DNA of 48,652 bases, from the IMG/VR virus record IMGVR_UViG_3300036832_000539, positions 1 through 48,652 of that record. The stretch is one strand, 5' to 3'. The position numbers were made by a program, and so were the translations under genes. The notes under the pieces are model-generated. The model ran no database searches and was not told where the DNA came from. It saw nothing but the letters and a program-made list of their open reading frames with translations. This document shows, piece after piece, positions 23,401 to 30,895 of the stretch (position 1 is its first letter; each line of letters opens with the position of its first letter). The DNA comes from a virus.

Positions 23401-24483
23401 CGCCGGTGTGGCTTGCAGATCCGGCGGGGCCAGGGGTTTGTTAAGCTGCGCCGCGGCGTCGGGAACCTCGGGAAGTTCGAGACGAGATTGCTGTTGCTGC
23501 TGCTGCCACGGGAACGCCCCGGTGGCCGGCGCGGCCTGGGACGTGGGTTGTTCAGGCTGAGCTGCTGCCGGCTGAGTTTCCCACGGGAACGCCCCGGTGG
23601 CCGGCGCGTCCTGGGACGTGGCGGGTTGCTCGGGCTGCTCGGGCTGCTGCTGCTCGGGCTGGGCTTCCCACGGGAACGCCCCGGTCGCCCCCTGCTGCGG
23701 CGCCGGTGGTGTCGTTGTCGTGTTGCCCTGCTGGGCGAATTGTGCACGCAGGCGATTGGCTTCAGCGTAAATGCCTAGGGGGTCGCCAAAACCGGGTGAC
23801 GCCCGCGCGCCACCCGTGTCGGCGTGCATAATGTCGCGCTGCCCGCTGCCCTTCTGCGTCTCGAAATAATTGCCCCAGGCGAACTTGTGCTGCGCATAGC
23901 CCTGCGGGTTGAGGTAGGCGTAGTTGACCAGCGCCTGCACGATAACGTGGTGAAAGATGCCGGTCTTGTCCGGGCCTCTGTTGGGGACCTCGGACCCGTC
24001 GTCCCGGTAGATGTGCCAATCCTCGGCCCGACCAAAAGCGTGCTGCGAGCTTGGGTTGTCCAGCCGCACACCCGACGACATGCGCGCGGTCCAGCCCGGT
24101 GGCAGGGTCGCCGCAAACGCTGCGTGCATCGCCGTGTGGAGATCGGGGTCGACACCCGGAGGTCCCGGGCCACGCTGCAGCGGAGTGTGTGCTGGCGCCG
24201 GCGGTGGCGGCGCAACCGTAGGCGCCTCTTGTGTCGGGGCTTGCGGCGGGACGAGCGGGGTCGGCGGCCCGGTCGCCTCGGGTTGGTCGGTAGGTGCCGC
24301 CGGCGCCGGGGGAGGGGGAGGGTTTGGCGCCGGCGGCTGGGACGTCGCAGTGCTTGTGTCCTGGGACGCCCACGGGAACGCGCCGGTCGCAACCGGCTGC
24401 GCGTTTTGCTCAGGCTGATCGTCGGGTGGCTTGGTGTCCCACGGAAAGGGACCCGTATACGAAAGACTACTGTCGAGCGGCAT
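17350..24483 (-). CDS. Giant polyvalent internal virion (ejected) protein, 2377 aa, with an N-terminal peptidase M15-like peptidoglycan hydrolase domain and a central HExxH zincin-like domain
   Basis: Exact LAS/M15 signature SxHxxGxAxD (SSQHAFGRAEDW) plus a downstream MHAD. HEWTH at nt 20800-20814 (SFAHEWTHALDHY). It is the last gene of the internal-virion-protein block, the position occupied by gp16 in T7-like layouts. Confidence 0.7.
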   Translation of the reverse strand: MPLDSSLSYTGPFPWDTKPPDDQPEQNAQPVATGAFPWASQDTSTATSQPPAPNPPPPPAPAAPTDQPEATGPPTPLVPPQAPTQEAPTVAPPPPAPAHTPLQRGPGPPGVDPDLHTAMHAAFAATLPPGWTARMSSGVRLDNPSSQHAFGRAEDWHIYRDDGSEVPNRGPDKTGIFHHVIVQALVNYAYLNPQGYAQHKFAWGNYFETQKGSGQRDIMHADTGGARASPGFGDPLGIYAEANRLRAQFAQQGNTTTTPPAPQQGATGAFPWEAQPEQQQPEQPEQPATSQDAPATGAFPWETQPAAAQPEQPTSQAAPATGAFPWQQQQQQSRLELPEVPDAAAQLNKPLAPPDLQATPAQLSAPATQQAAVPAPQTPPAEPQEPIIIPDVPPEAILSPQGVPQMPTEPLTAAIAGAGQGAVTTVGQVAAGPGHLITGGTALAGHALEAAPYNAQQQARDQLAIMDRIDKGERFPAATVGQPGQGPTDLYGYQDMTPEQRQAFRAQYEQDLSQMAPPEQSVIYQGGRLLAKGGSAVGETVAVPGEWINTQGQKITPPAGYENAMSTNIGKAIGSLPVYVGSLLAGGVPAAMGIAASQTYAQSYQEQIKAGASPEDAAVNAGAKAIAASGLFAVPATRWLSALGPIEKRAAVAAIVHMAEDGTLMTGVGQLQHLVNNIVDKATTQPEKSVTEGLGQPEEMIPAFVAGTIPGAVGVAKSMGQPGPKALAAAWKSTQEAISKHLQDLWSATRPPAPPADESKVATGITTPPPEGRLVRATDSTGTTWVGHAGVLVREGTNPEVDQHFGTATARENVELKDVKPIDAIVTSANTEARHGIAWTDTTTTPDGTEVVHGHTADGHTVELDADRYAVLSKYGDVGANTYLTSRPGEAPIVAVRDPQTQQVVAIAQGQPISHETRPVDLTLETRDAAATATGATEPVPVDTTTSESRPFYAEPGKEAPQAAQATSGEPITMTEAREQGELPLAPQDTRTGDEGLAIPPRPGAETVESLTNKITDLRDRYEATSDPTERAQIIRDMGGLQQQRDVAYQAERGMTPAGERAADAYQAQLRPGQPRLGGLYRVPTTRRIPGREAPDITDRPSLFRQAYRDAGYDPDVAALFTPARRLQILGNHIEKTFGFKVHVDPKMQPQKAIDSMLDGYRNMQMMAHLLGASLKGMSLHGEINLRFEPWQPNPKKAYLGMMSINAKGEISIHMPDRSNSFAHEWTHALDHYLLRFVNRNPAVRKALTSQIAHTGALTNVHPGTLEEAVANVMRAIFHDRAAEAARIADLNMTAQTHPNANTRRAAAAEAQRIIAGGKPKTPIQPTGLVTGSQQLSPRNYWASPEEMLARAGEAYVAHLAEQQGGSNEFITKGDQEYLAGATQRFADHYPQAADRDAIFNAMNDMHAILQRDNILGSRNKAARPGDYDILDPVYWQYTNNPQSNPQLTNGLRRAVNVTRNWRQRTLQEMAERAGAQGVPTFSWKGVQHGAINVKDIITPHIYTNMGQLDVYRERYEALGNHRAAAIISNLLDKLGYRYGEGRLQVTPFERAANRITNPEVNKIDKILNDNGMPTNRLNLDNEKMLFDALRGRDAQGNTPVVPANIQRAAAGIDAVLKDMWYRIERAGINVGMPRDENYIPIVYDDQAIIRDGVKAKDVIADAMRADFNSKQIKDNTFIHEAYGALPRAGIDKGVQADMEELARVQEAMRTETDPGKLAALDRQQQDLLSRVTDPIREAWAQQRSSDWVHSRTDVPWARPGNKSGTMPTSDPLRQRVLSAEARDILANAGYIVTRPSELLPYYFHQMGRKLAFGDLFGHQGEVLEKAMSDLHEAGVLQEDREQIRGTIQSALGMLRSNEIDVGHKAAVWMRALGTMALMSHAAWSSISEPMVAFAQSGSARAAAGGFSIAMQDIMRQIGLIKGSERVQHLADISRVLGTTSTRLQEAMLTGRTEAFSWSPGHMMANFYRRTGLTQTTNGNKVGARWAAHVALGMYARDILAGRRGALFDPHAEMREMGIPNAEHDEFSKWYQSLNGRLPTINEILQTPMGQRWGEATTRFVEKVVLENTAAEKAFKANTPWGRFLYGLQSYNFMFQRAVLNPAFDRLGKTIGYEQGRLGKGAGMAVGAAKWATFAATAIGMMMIGQVPMAIVRQEIFDHKRAAQWRKDGVYMEKIFGLAFQRTGVGGVADPLVNAINAIKYEHEISSLFLGAQMNQYVQAITDILAPLTSGSPNTNTARYRAWRGMYQLFGMPVAALGMALAPAGPIKSWMWSGAGQTFLSQSAADTVATMMAGPKGEKTNMTPDEAEKERMKEYMPPDDDRLKEFMPPDDKQRTAEGSALPSSSLMGAVDDFIPPAARAVKRAAPAILRFGAKLFK

Positions 24484-24657
24484 CTAGCGCCCGATGCCGC
24501 GTGGCCGAGGCAGTGGTTTCTTTGCCAGGGGTCGCGGGGGCCGTTTCGCCGCGCGTGGTGGTGGTTCCACTGGAAGGCGTGGCGCGCTTGGCAAGCCAGG
24601 CGGCGCCAGGCCACCACCGAGAGGCGGGCGGGGGATGGAGATCCGGGGGGTCTTCAT
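24484..24657 (-). CDS. Pro/Arg-rich micro-protein, 57 aa
   Basis: Its ATG overlaps the upstream stop (ATGA at 24654-24657) and its TAG directly abuts the ATG of the giant gene, so it fills the inter-gene gap exactly. Confidence 0.4.
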   Translation of the reverse strand: MKTPRISIPRPPLGGGLAPPGLPSAPRLPVEPPPRAAKRPPRPLAKKPLPRPRGIGR

Positions 24658-26144
24658 TGGTAGAACATACCTTTCTGTTGAGCGGCTTTTGTCTCGGCCG
24701 GCTGGGCTGGGCGCCATGAATTTTGATTGCTGATGTCGCCGCCGGTGTACATCCGGCCCTGGACGACAAGACCCGGAACCTGTTTCTGCGCCGGGATATC
24801 GGCAAAGCTCTTGGCCACCGGCGCGGCAGCCGGCGCCGGCGCCGCTTGGCGGCGCACGGCCGGCGGCTTGGCCGGGGCTGGCGCTGGTATGGCTGACGTC
24901 CCTGACGACGGCAGCGGTGTCGCCGCCGGCGCCGTCGTCGGCCGGGACGTCGACGGCAACGGTGTCTGATCTGTCGATGGTGGTGGCGCAAACCCCGGGG
25001 CGTAGTCCACGACCGGCGGTTCACGCGATACAGGGTTATTGGCAAATTTGATCTTAGAGCTATCGTTTATGAAAGGGGTGACGACATCGTTCCACGCTTG
25101 CGTCACCGCCGAACCGGGCTGTTGATAGGTCGCCTGGTTTGCCCGGTTACGATAATACTGGTTTGCTCGCGCGGTGACTGCGGCAAGCATCCCCGGTCCA
25201 AGCTCGTAGGGCGTGCCAAGCAGGGTTTTGCCGGTCTGGCTCATCTTGAGCTGCGCCAGCGCGGTATTGAGATCCGCCTGGGACAGGTTTGTTGAGGCGC
25301 CCTTGGTGACGTTCCCCGCTAACGTTTGACCGTAAGGTGGCTGTTGCGCCCCGCTCTGCGGCGGCGGCGTTGTCGACGGCTGCGGCTGGGTTGCTGTCGG
25401 CGGCGGCGGTTGGCCGTGGCTCGCTGGTGGGGTCTTTGGCGTAACGCCGCGCTGTTCATCGGTCTGATAGACAACCATCCCGGTCGCGGGGTCTTGATAG
25501 GTCGGGCTATAACCTTGGCCCGATGTCCGCATGTCGCCCTTTGTCGTAATGCGGTCGCCCTGTGGCGTGCGCACGATGACTTGCGTTCTGTCGTCGATAT
25601 CTTGCTGGGTCTGCGAGCGGATTTGCTCGGACCCGATCTGTCCGCCAGCCGAGATTGTCGCAGCGCCTGTCGTCGCACCGGCCTGGATACGGGCGATCCC
25701 GGTCTGATTGGCCAGACCGGCGGCGACACCGCTTGGCGTGTTCTGGTACGGGACCATGCCGGAACGCCCGACAAACGTGTCGACGTCCTGCCCGGGCATA
25801 TTGGTGTTGGTCATGACCGGGGCAAGATTGTCGTGCCAGGTCTTTTGTTCCTCGGGCGGCAGACGCGCCATCCACGAGAAGATCTGTGCACGGTTGGCCG
25901 GATCAGCCGCGTAGTTGGGGTCTTTTAGCGCCCCGGCAAGACCCTGCCGGGCGTTGGCCTGATCGATGAGAAGACCGCTTTGCAGGTTCTTGTATTTGGC
26001 CTCGGCCATCGCAGTCGGGTCAGGGAACAGCGCGCGTCCCAGATTACTGATCCCCGCGGCCCAGCCTTCCGATGCCGATCCCGGGCTGGTGTTGGTTGGG
26101 TTGGGGACGTAGACCGATGGGCCAAAGGGGTCTTGCGTGGGCAT
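24654..26144 (-). CDS. Internal virion protein (hypothetical), 496 aa
   Basis: Called from its position in the internal-protein block. It has long Pro/Thr/Gln-rich linkers. No catalytic motif was recognised. Confidence 0.5.
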   Translation of the reverse strand: MPTQDPFGPSVYVPNPTNTSPGSASEGWAAGISNLGRALFPDPTAMAEAKYKNLQSGLLIDQANARQGLAGALKDPNYAADPANRAQIFSWMARLPPEEQKTWHDNLAPVMTNTNMPGQDVDTFVGRSGMVPYQNTPSGVAAGLANQTGIARIQAGATTGAATISAGGQIGSEQIRSQTQQDIDDRTQVIVRTPQGDRITTKGDMRTSGQGYSPTYQDPATGMVVYQTDEQRGVTPKTPPASHGQPPPPTATQPQPSTTPPPQSGAQQPPYGQTLAGNVTKGASTNLSQADLNTALAQLKMSQTGKTLLGTPYELGPGMLAAVTARANQYYRNRANQATYQQPGSAVTQAWNDVVTPFINDSSKIKFANNPVSREPPVVDYAPGFAPPPSTDQTPLPSTSRPTTAPAATPLPSSGTSAIPAPAPAKPPAVRRQAAPAPAAAPVAKSFADIPAQKQVPGLVVQGRMYTGGDISNQNSWRPAQPAETKAAQQKGMFYQ

Positions 26145-26155
26145 CTAATCGTTAC

Positions 26156-27172
26156 CTAGGAGAAGATGTTTTTGAGGTCAGAGATCGCGCTGTTGCCGGC
26201 GCCAAACCGGCCGGCGCTATAAAGACCGATCTGGCCCAGGCTGCCGACGATCCCGGGGGTCGGGTCCGAAGCGACTTGCCAGGCTTTGATCGCCGCGGCG
26301 TTCTGCGCGGCGGTCGCCGTGTCCGCTTGCTGAAGGTCAGCATTGGTGATCTGGCCGTTGGCGATCGTCTCGGAGACATTCTTGCGGCCTTGTGTGCGCG
26401 CCTCAATCGCCTTCAGGAGGTTCTGGTAGTAGTTCGAGGCGTTGCCGTAGCTGACCGTGCTGGGGGCCAGATAGGCCGGCAACCCGCTCTCCACCCGTTT
26501 CTGGGCAAAGGCCAGCGGGCCGGCAGCGGTGGCCAGGTCCGTGCCCGCTGTCTGCATCGCGGTCAGCGGTGCCTGGTAGGACGCCAGTTGCGCTTTGTTG
26601 GCGGTGTCGGTTCGCGTTGCTGCCGCGGCCTGGGCGAGGCGCGTCGCTATCGCGGACTGTGTCTGGTTGTCGGTCGAAGCGACCGGCGCGGCGACCGGGC
26701 CAGCGTTTGTTGTCGCTGTCCCGGACGCGATGCTTGCTGTCCCGGGACTTGCCAACTCTTGGATCTGCTGGGCCTGGCGGGTCTGGGCGGCAGCCAGGTT
26801 CTCGGGCGAGACTTGGCTCTCGGTCTGCTGGACGAGCTGCTGGGCCTTGCTGCCGATCGCTTGGGTCTGGTCGTTGGCCTGCTGGATTTGCGCCTCGCGC
26901 TGCGCCCGCGCCTGGTTCTGCTGGTCGGCAAGCTGCTGCTGCGCCTGGTTCTGCGCGTCGATTGCCGATTGCTGGATGGCGGCATCGCGCTGGTTCTGGT
27001 CCTGCTGCGCCGTCATACGGGTAAAAAAGCCTTGCTCCTGCGCCCGCTGCGTCTCCATCGCCGCATTCATCTGGGCCTGGGCGACCGACTTCTGGGCGTT
27101 GGCCTGCATGATGCCGCCGGCAACAGTGGCGACGGCGCTGATGCCGGCAATGGCGATGGCGGGGGTGCACAT
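26156..27172 (-). CDS. Gln-rich coiled-coil internal virion protein, 338 aa, with a hydrophobic N-terminus
   Basis: MCTPAIAIAGISAVATVAGGIM followed by a long Q/A-rich heptad-like region. Confidence 0.5.
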   Translation of the reverse strand: MCTPAIAIAGISAVATVAGGIMQANAQKSVAQAQMNAAMETQRAQEQGFFTRMTAQQDQNQRDAAIQQSAIDAQNQAQQQLADQQNQARAQREAQIQQANDQTQAIGSKAQQLVQQTESQVSPENLAAAQTRQAQQIQELASPGTASIASGTATTNAGPVAAPVASTDNQTQSAIATRLAQAAAATRTDTANKAQLASYQAPLTAMQTAGTDLATAAGPLAFAQKRVESGLPAYLAPSTVSYGNASNYYQNLLKAIEARTQGRKNVSETIANGQITNADLQQADTATAAQNAAAIKAWQVASDPTPGIVGSLGQIGLYSAGRFGAGNSAISDLKNIFS

Positions 27173-27175
27173 GGC

Positions 27176-28066
27176 TTAGCTCGGTTTCTGCGCGGTCGGC
27201 CCGGTGCCGGCACCGGCGGTTCCGGTTCCCGCATTGGCGACGTTAAAGGCTTGGTTGCCTGAGAGGAAATTCGCGACCCCGCTGCCCACTGCGCCAAAGA
27301 TATTGCCCAGTGTCGACGACGACGGGAGTTGGCCGATGCTGGCGAGTTGGTCCTGCCCGGTTAGCTGGATGTTGTTGATCGCCCGGTTGGTCTGATCAAT
27401 CGACGCGTTGACCTGATCGATCTGGTTTGGCGCCACCGGCTGGCCCAGCGCCCCGGTCGAGAGGATCTGCCCCAGAAGCGATTGCCGGTGGTCGGCGACC
27501 TGTTGCTTGAGCGTCTGGGACGCCTGGGACGCCTGGGTGGCGAGATCCGAAAAAGCGCGTCCCCGCGTCTCGTCGAGCAGACCTTGTTGGTCGGCATGGG
27601 CCTGCGAACCAAGGTTGCCGCCGCGTGCCAGGCCAAACAACAGATTGCCGCGCGCCTGGGTGTATTGCCGGTCGATTTCCGGCGACAGGGTGGCCATGTA
27701 CTGCTTGGCGAAGTCGTTGTAATAATTGTCGTCGTACTTCGAGAAGGTGTTGTTGACCCAATCGGTGGCTTGTTGCTGCAGTTGATTGCGCGAAGTGTCG
27801 TAGGCTTGCTGACGGACCTGTTGGTCAAGCGCCTCGCCCCTGGACAGTGCGGCCTGATCCTGTTGAAAACCGAGTGCCCGGGCCGCCTGGTCTTCTTGCG
27901 CGGCAGCGATACTCGTCTGCAGCTCGGCGTTCTGATTGGCGATATCCTGTTCCGCCATCAGTTGCGCCTGGGCCATCGTCTGAGCGCCGCGTGCCGCGTA
28001 TTCCGGCGGGGGCGGATCTACGGGGGGTGAGCTGCTACCGCCGCCGCCGCCGAAACACAAAGTCAA
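27176..28066 (-). CDS. Internal virion protein (hypothetical), 296 aa
   Basis: The TTG start overlaps the stop of the HNH gene. The protein is Q-rich and coiled-coil-like. Called from its position. Confidence 0.45.
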   Translation of the reverse strand: MTLCFGGGGGSSSPPVDPPPPEYAARGAQTMAQAQLMAEQDIANQNAELQTSIAAAQEDQAARALGFQQDQAALSRGEALDQQVRQQAYDTSRNQLQQQATDWVNNTFSKYDDNYYNDFAKQYMATLSPEIDRQYTQARGNLLFGLARGGNLGSQAHADQQGLLDETRGRAFSDLATQASQASQTLKQQVADHRQSLLGQILSTGALGQPVAPNQIDQVNASIDQTNRAINNIQLTGQDQLASIGQLPSSSTLGNIFGAVGSGVANFLSGNQAFNVANAGTGTAGAGTGPTAQKPS

Positions 28067-28464
28067 GCCCTCGCTTGTCGAGCTTTCCGGTTACGTTCAT
28101 GCAAGCATTTTTTGCATAAACGATGACCCGGTCGGCTTGGGTAAACGTAAATGTTATCAATAGTCAGTCGATGGCCTTTATAACAATAGGTACGACGTAT
28201 CATTCTATCGCGAATGTTATCATTATTAGTTCCGAGATAAAGATGCGCAGGATTGACACACAGCGCCATGTCACAAGTATGCAAGACGTGTTTCTTGCCA
28301 GGATTGCCATAGAAGGTTTGCCACACTGCGCGCGCAGCAATTTGGTTCCTTCCAACTATAGCGCGAGGCTGTTTATTTTTATCCCGCTTTACACCGCCCA
28401 GCCAAAGCCAGCATCCGCTGTTCGGTTCCGGGATACTGTTTAGCTCGATCCAACCGGATAACAT
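28063..28464 (-). CDS. HNH homing endonuclease
   Basis: NSGCWLWLGG ... HVLHTCDMALCVNPAHLYLGTNNDN is the HNH_3-type signature. The gene lies in a locally AT-rich patch (about 28100-28440) inside a GC-rich operon. Confidence 0.8.
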   Translation of the reverse strand: MLSGWIELNSIPEPNSGCWLWLGGVKRDKNKQPRAIVGRNQIAARAVWQTFYGNPGKKHVLHTCDMALCVNPAHLYLGTNNDNIRDRMIRRTYCYKGHRLTIDNIYVYPSRPGHRLCKKCLHERNRKARQARA

Positions 28465-28936
28465 CGTCCGGGGTCCACACGTAAGAGATGAAGTCCTCAC
28501 CGTGGCGTCCGATGCCGCGGCGAACCCCCTCTTCGCGGGCGCCTAGCGCCTCGATCCAGCGCCGGCTATCCCTGTGCGTTGCGAGTGCAAGTGCTTCCGC
28601 CCGATGAAACCGGGCGCGCAAGAGTGCGGGGATGATAAAGCGTCTTGAGTGCTTTGTCATGGCCAACACGACATGCGGCCACTCATCGGTGCCAAAGGCC
28701 CAACAAGACCAGACACCGGGACGCACGGCCCATGTGCCCTGTAGGGATACCGGGACGCCGTCCCAGCGCCACACCCAGGTCATCGCCCCGGCCCAGAGCA
28801 TGACCTCGCTGACCAGCTTGGCCTCGTCATCGTCCCAGCGCAGGGCAAAGATCTCGTCCCGATCGCGCTGGCGCAGACGGGTGACGATGTATTCGACATC
28901 CGCCCGCTCGATAGGCGTGTGGCGCGTAGCGCTCAC
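28379..28936 (-). CDS. Hypothetical virion protein, 185 aa (possibly the T7 gp13-like position)
   Basis: The GTG at 28936 lies 4 nt after the collagen-like gene's stop. The N-terminal part of ORF-track entry 28379..29287 is only the alternate frame of the collagen-like gene. The 3' end runs into the HNH gene. Confidence 0.45.
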   Translation of the reverse strand: MSATRHTPIERADVEYIVTRLRQRDRDEIFALRWDDDEAKLVSEVMLWAGAMTWVWRWDGVPVSLQGTWAVRPGVWSCWAFGTDEWPHVVLAMTKHSRRFIIPALLRARFHRAEALALATHRDSRRWIEALGAREEGVRRGIGRHGEDFISYVWTPDDVIRLDRAKQYPGTEQRMLALAGRCKAG

Positions 28937-28940
28937 ACTT

Positions 28941-29303
28941 TTAGTAGGTGCCGCAATCGATCGCGGCGACGGCGATCGTGTTGGGTGTTGTTCCGGTGTC
29001 AAGGCTAAGACCCGCGCCGACTTGCCAGTTTGACCCCGCCGGGCCTGCCGGCCCGGTCGCGCCGGCAGGACCCGCTGGGCCGGCAGCACCTTGCGGTCCT
29101 TGGGCACCTGTCGCCCCAGGCGGCCCTGCGGCACCTGGCGTGCCGGGTGGCCCTTGCGGCCCCGCGGGGCCGGGCACAGTACCGATGTTAGAAATTTGCG
29201 TGGCGAGTTTGCGTTGGACGATCGCCAGATGCGGCACATCCCCGGGATGCGATCGAAGGTTAGCAAGGTCGGCAGCGACCGTATCACGCAGGGTCTTGAC
29301 CAT
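28941..29303 (-). CDS. Collagen-like (Gly-X-Y repeat) fibre protein, 120 aa
   Basis: About 20 uninterrupted GXY triplets ([46 protein letters not shown]). The C-terminal AIDCGTY motif is shared with gene 42366..42992. Confidence 0.7.
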   Translation of the reverse strand: MVKTLRDTVAADLANLRSHPGDVPHLAIVQRKLATQISNIGTVPGPAGPQGPPGTPGAAGPPGATGAQGPQGAAGPAGPAGATGPAGPAGSNWQVGAGLSLDTGTTPNTIAVAAIDCGTY

Positions 29304-30718
29304 CAGCCGGCCGCCCCGCCTTTGACTTCGCCGTCTTGGTAGTTGATGTTGATCGAGCCGATCCGCCCCTGTGTCGCGTCCTGGGACGTGAGCTGTAGCC
29401 CGATATGGGTGCCATACCCGGCGAACCTGATCTTCTGGTTTGAGAACGTCTCCCCGGTAAAAATCCCGCAGCGTTCATAGGTGAAGGGCGCTGCCGGGTT
29501 CATCCCGATATCCAACGCCCAAGTGCCTTGGATCTGCAGGTCGATCGACGCGATGCGCTTCCAGATTGTCGGCGACTGATTGTGGTGCATCGGCGTGCGG
29601 ATAATCGCCGGGGTGCTATCGTAGGTCTGCCCGTTGGCCCCGCCGTAAAGGTAGAGATTATCGCCCGAACGGATGTAGACCTGATTGTTGACGTAGACCA
29701 TGTGGTCAATGTTAAACGGCAGGGTAAAGGTCGACCAGGCGCTGATCTTGGCTGAGGGGAAGTACGACAGCACGTAGATCGTCGAGCCGATCGCCAGCCA
29801 GTACCGGCCAAATATGGGTTCAATCACACCGATCGCGGCTTGCGTTGCTCCGGGGTTGGTGACGCCGAGTTGCGTCAGGATCGGGTCGATCGGTGAGCCG
29901 ACATCGATAACCGCCGCGGCCATCGAGATGTTCATCGCACGCAGGCTGCGGACACCACTGTCCGCTAGAAACATCACGTCGCCGGTGCCAAACTGCACCG
30001 CGGAGCGTGGTGCGATCGTGCCGATGCGCAAGGTCTGCAACAGGTTGTTTTGGGTCGGATCGGGGTCGAGATACCAGATCAGCGTGACCAGCCGCGCCAT
30101 GACCGCGACACGGTCGTAGTAGATCTCGATTGCGTTGATGCTCTCGGCCTCGGCATCGTTCTCGGCCTGGTCGATAAACCCGGCGCCCAGCGGGGCATCG
30201 AGGGCATCGTCCCACGTCCCGGGATCGCCGACATCGCTAAACCGCAGATATTGCCCGCTGGCGATATACATCTTGGAGCGGTGGGTACGGGCAAAGCTGC
30301 CGTAATAGGGTACGTTGACCTGACCGGCTGGCCCCAGCCACATCGGTTGCACCCGCCCCGCGCCGTCATCGACAGCGATGATAAAGGGGTAGTTCGAGTA
30401 AGTGTCGTAATCAGTGACCCGGGTCAGGTTGATGCCGGTGACCTGATGCACGTTGACCGGCAAGGGCACACCGGGCATCGAGATCTGGCCGGTGCCGATC
30501 GACGATGAGAAGACCGTGATCTGGTTGTTCCACGCCGCCAGCCCCGCCGTCCCCGCCGGCAGCGTCCCGACATTGACAAATGCCTTGCGCCGCTCGATCT
30601 CGGCGCCGTTTGTGAGAACGGCGTCCTGAAGCTGCTGCAGGCTGCCCGGCGGCGCTGTTAAGGGTGATTTGCGGAGGTCGAGGCCGTGGGTGAAGTCCTC
30701 GATAAGAAGGATCGGCAC
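29303..30718 (-). CDS. Tail tube / nozzle protein (tail tubular protein B-like position), 471 aa
   Basis: Called only from size and position downstream of the capsid and adaptor genes. GTG start. Confidence 0.4.
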   Translation of the reverse strand: MPILLIEDFTHGLDLRKSPLTAPPGSLQQLQDAVLTNGAEIERRKAFVNVGTLPAGTAGLAAWNNQITVFSSSIGTGQISMPGVPLPVNVHQVTGINLTRVTDYDTYSNYPFIIAVDDGAGRVQPMWLGPAGQVNVPYYGSFARTHRSKMYIASGQYLRFSDVGDPGTWDDALDAPLGAGFIDQAENDAEAESINAIEIYYDRVAVMARLVTLIWYLDPDPTQNNLLQTLRIGTIAPRSAVQFGTGDVMFLADSGVRSLRAMNISMAAAVIDVGSPIDPILTQLGVTNPGATQAAIGVIEPIFGRYWLAIGSTIYVLSYFPSAKISAWSTFTLPFNIDHMVYVNNQVYIRSGDNLYLYGGANGQTYDSTPAIIRTPMHHNQSPTIWKRIASIDLQIQGTWALDIGMNPAAPFTYERCGIFTGETFSNQKIRFAGYGTHIGLQLTSQDATQGRIGSININYQDGEVKGGAAG

Positions 30719-30722
30719 GCCA

Positions 30723-30881
30723 CTATCGCAGGCCAGGGATAAAGAGAAAGAGCGCCAACAACAAGGCGGCGATCCACGCCAGCCAACTCGATGCTGCTGG
30801 CCATTGCGGCACCCCGGGGATCGGCAGCAGGCAGAGGAACCACAAAAAGAGATCCACGATCAGCAAAATTTCGAGAACCAT
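30723..30881 (-). CDS. Two-helix membrane protein, 52 aa
   Basis: The ATG lies 6 nt after GGGGAGG. Sequence MVLEILLIVDLFLWFLCLLPIPGVPQWPAASSWLAWIAALLLALFLFIPGLR. Not in the ORF track. It fills the gap between two structural genes. Confidence 0.5.
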   Translation of the reverse strand: MVLEILLIVDLFLWFLCLLPIPGVPQWPAASSWLAWIAALLLALFLFIPGLR

Positions 30882-30895
30882 TGCCGGCCTCCCCA

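Noticed and set aside
17836-24663. Many long ORFs in other frames and strands across the giant gene (e.g. 17836..18915, 21598..22557, 21701..22846, 23775..24617, 23824..24663)
   Set aside because: All are Arg/Gly/Pro-rich shadow frames of the 2377-aa gene, which has the coherent motifs and operon context.
26072-27262. 396-aa plus-strand ORF and several overlapping ORFs over 26400-27200
   Set aside because: They are antisense or alternate frames of the Gln-rich internal virion gene, with low-complexity Arg/Leu/Gly composition.
28937-29287. N-terminal third of ORF 28379..29287 (302 aa)
   Set aside because: This part is only the alternate frame of the collagen-like GXY gene (Pro/Arg/Gln-rich). 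The real gene most likely starts at the GTG at 28936, just after the collagen-like gene's stop.
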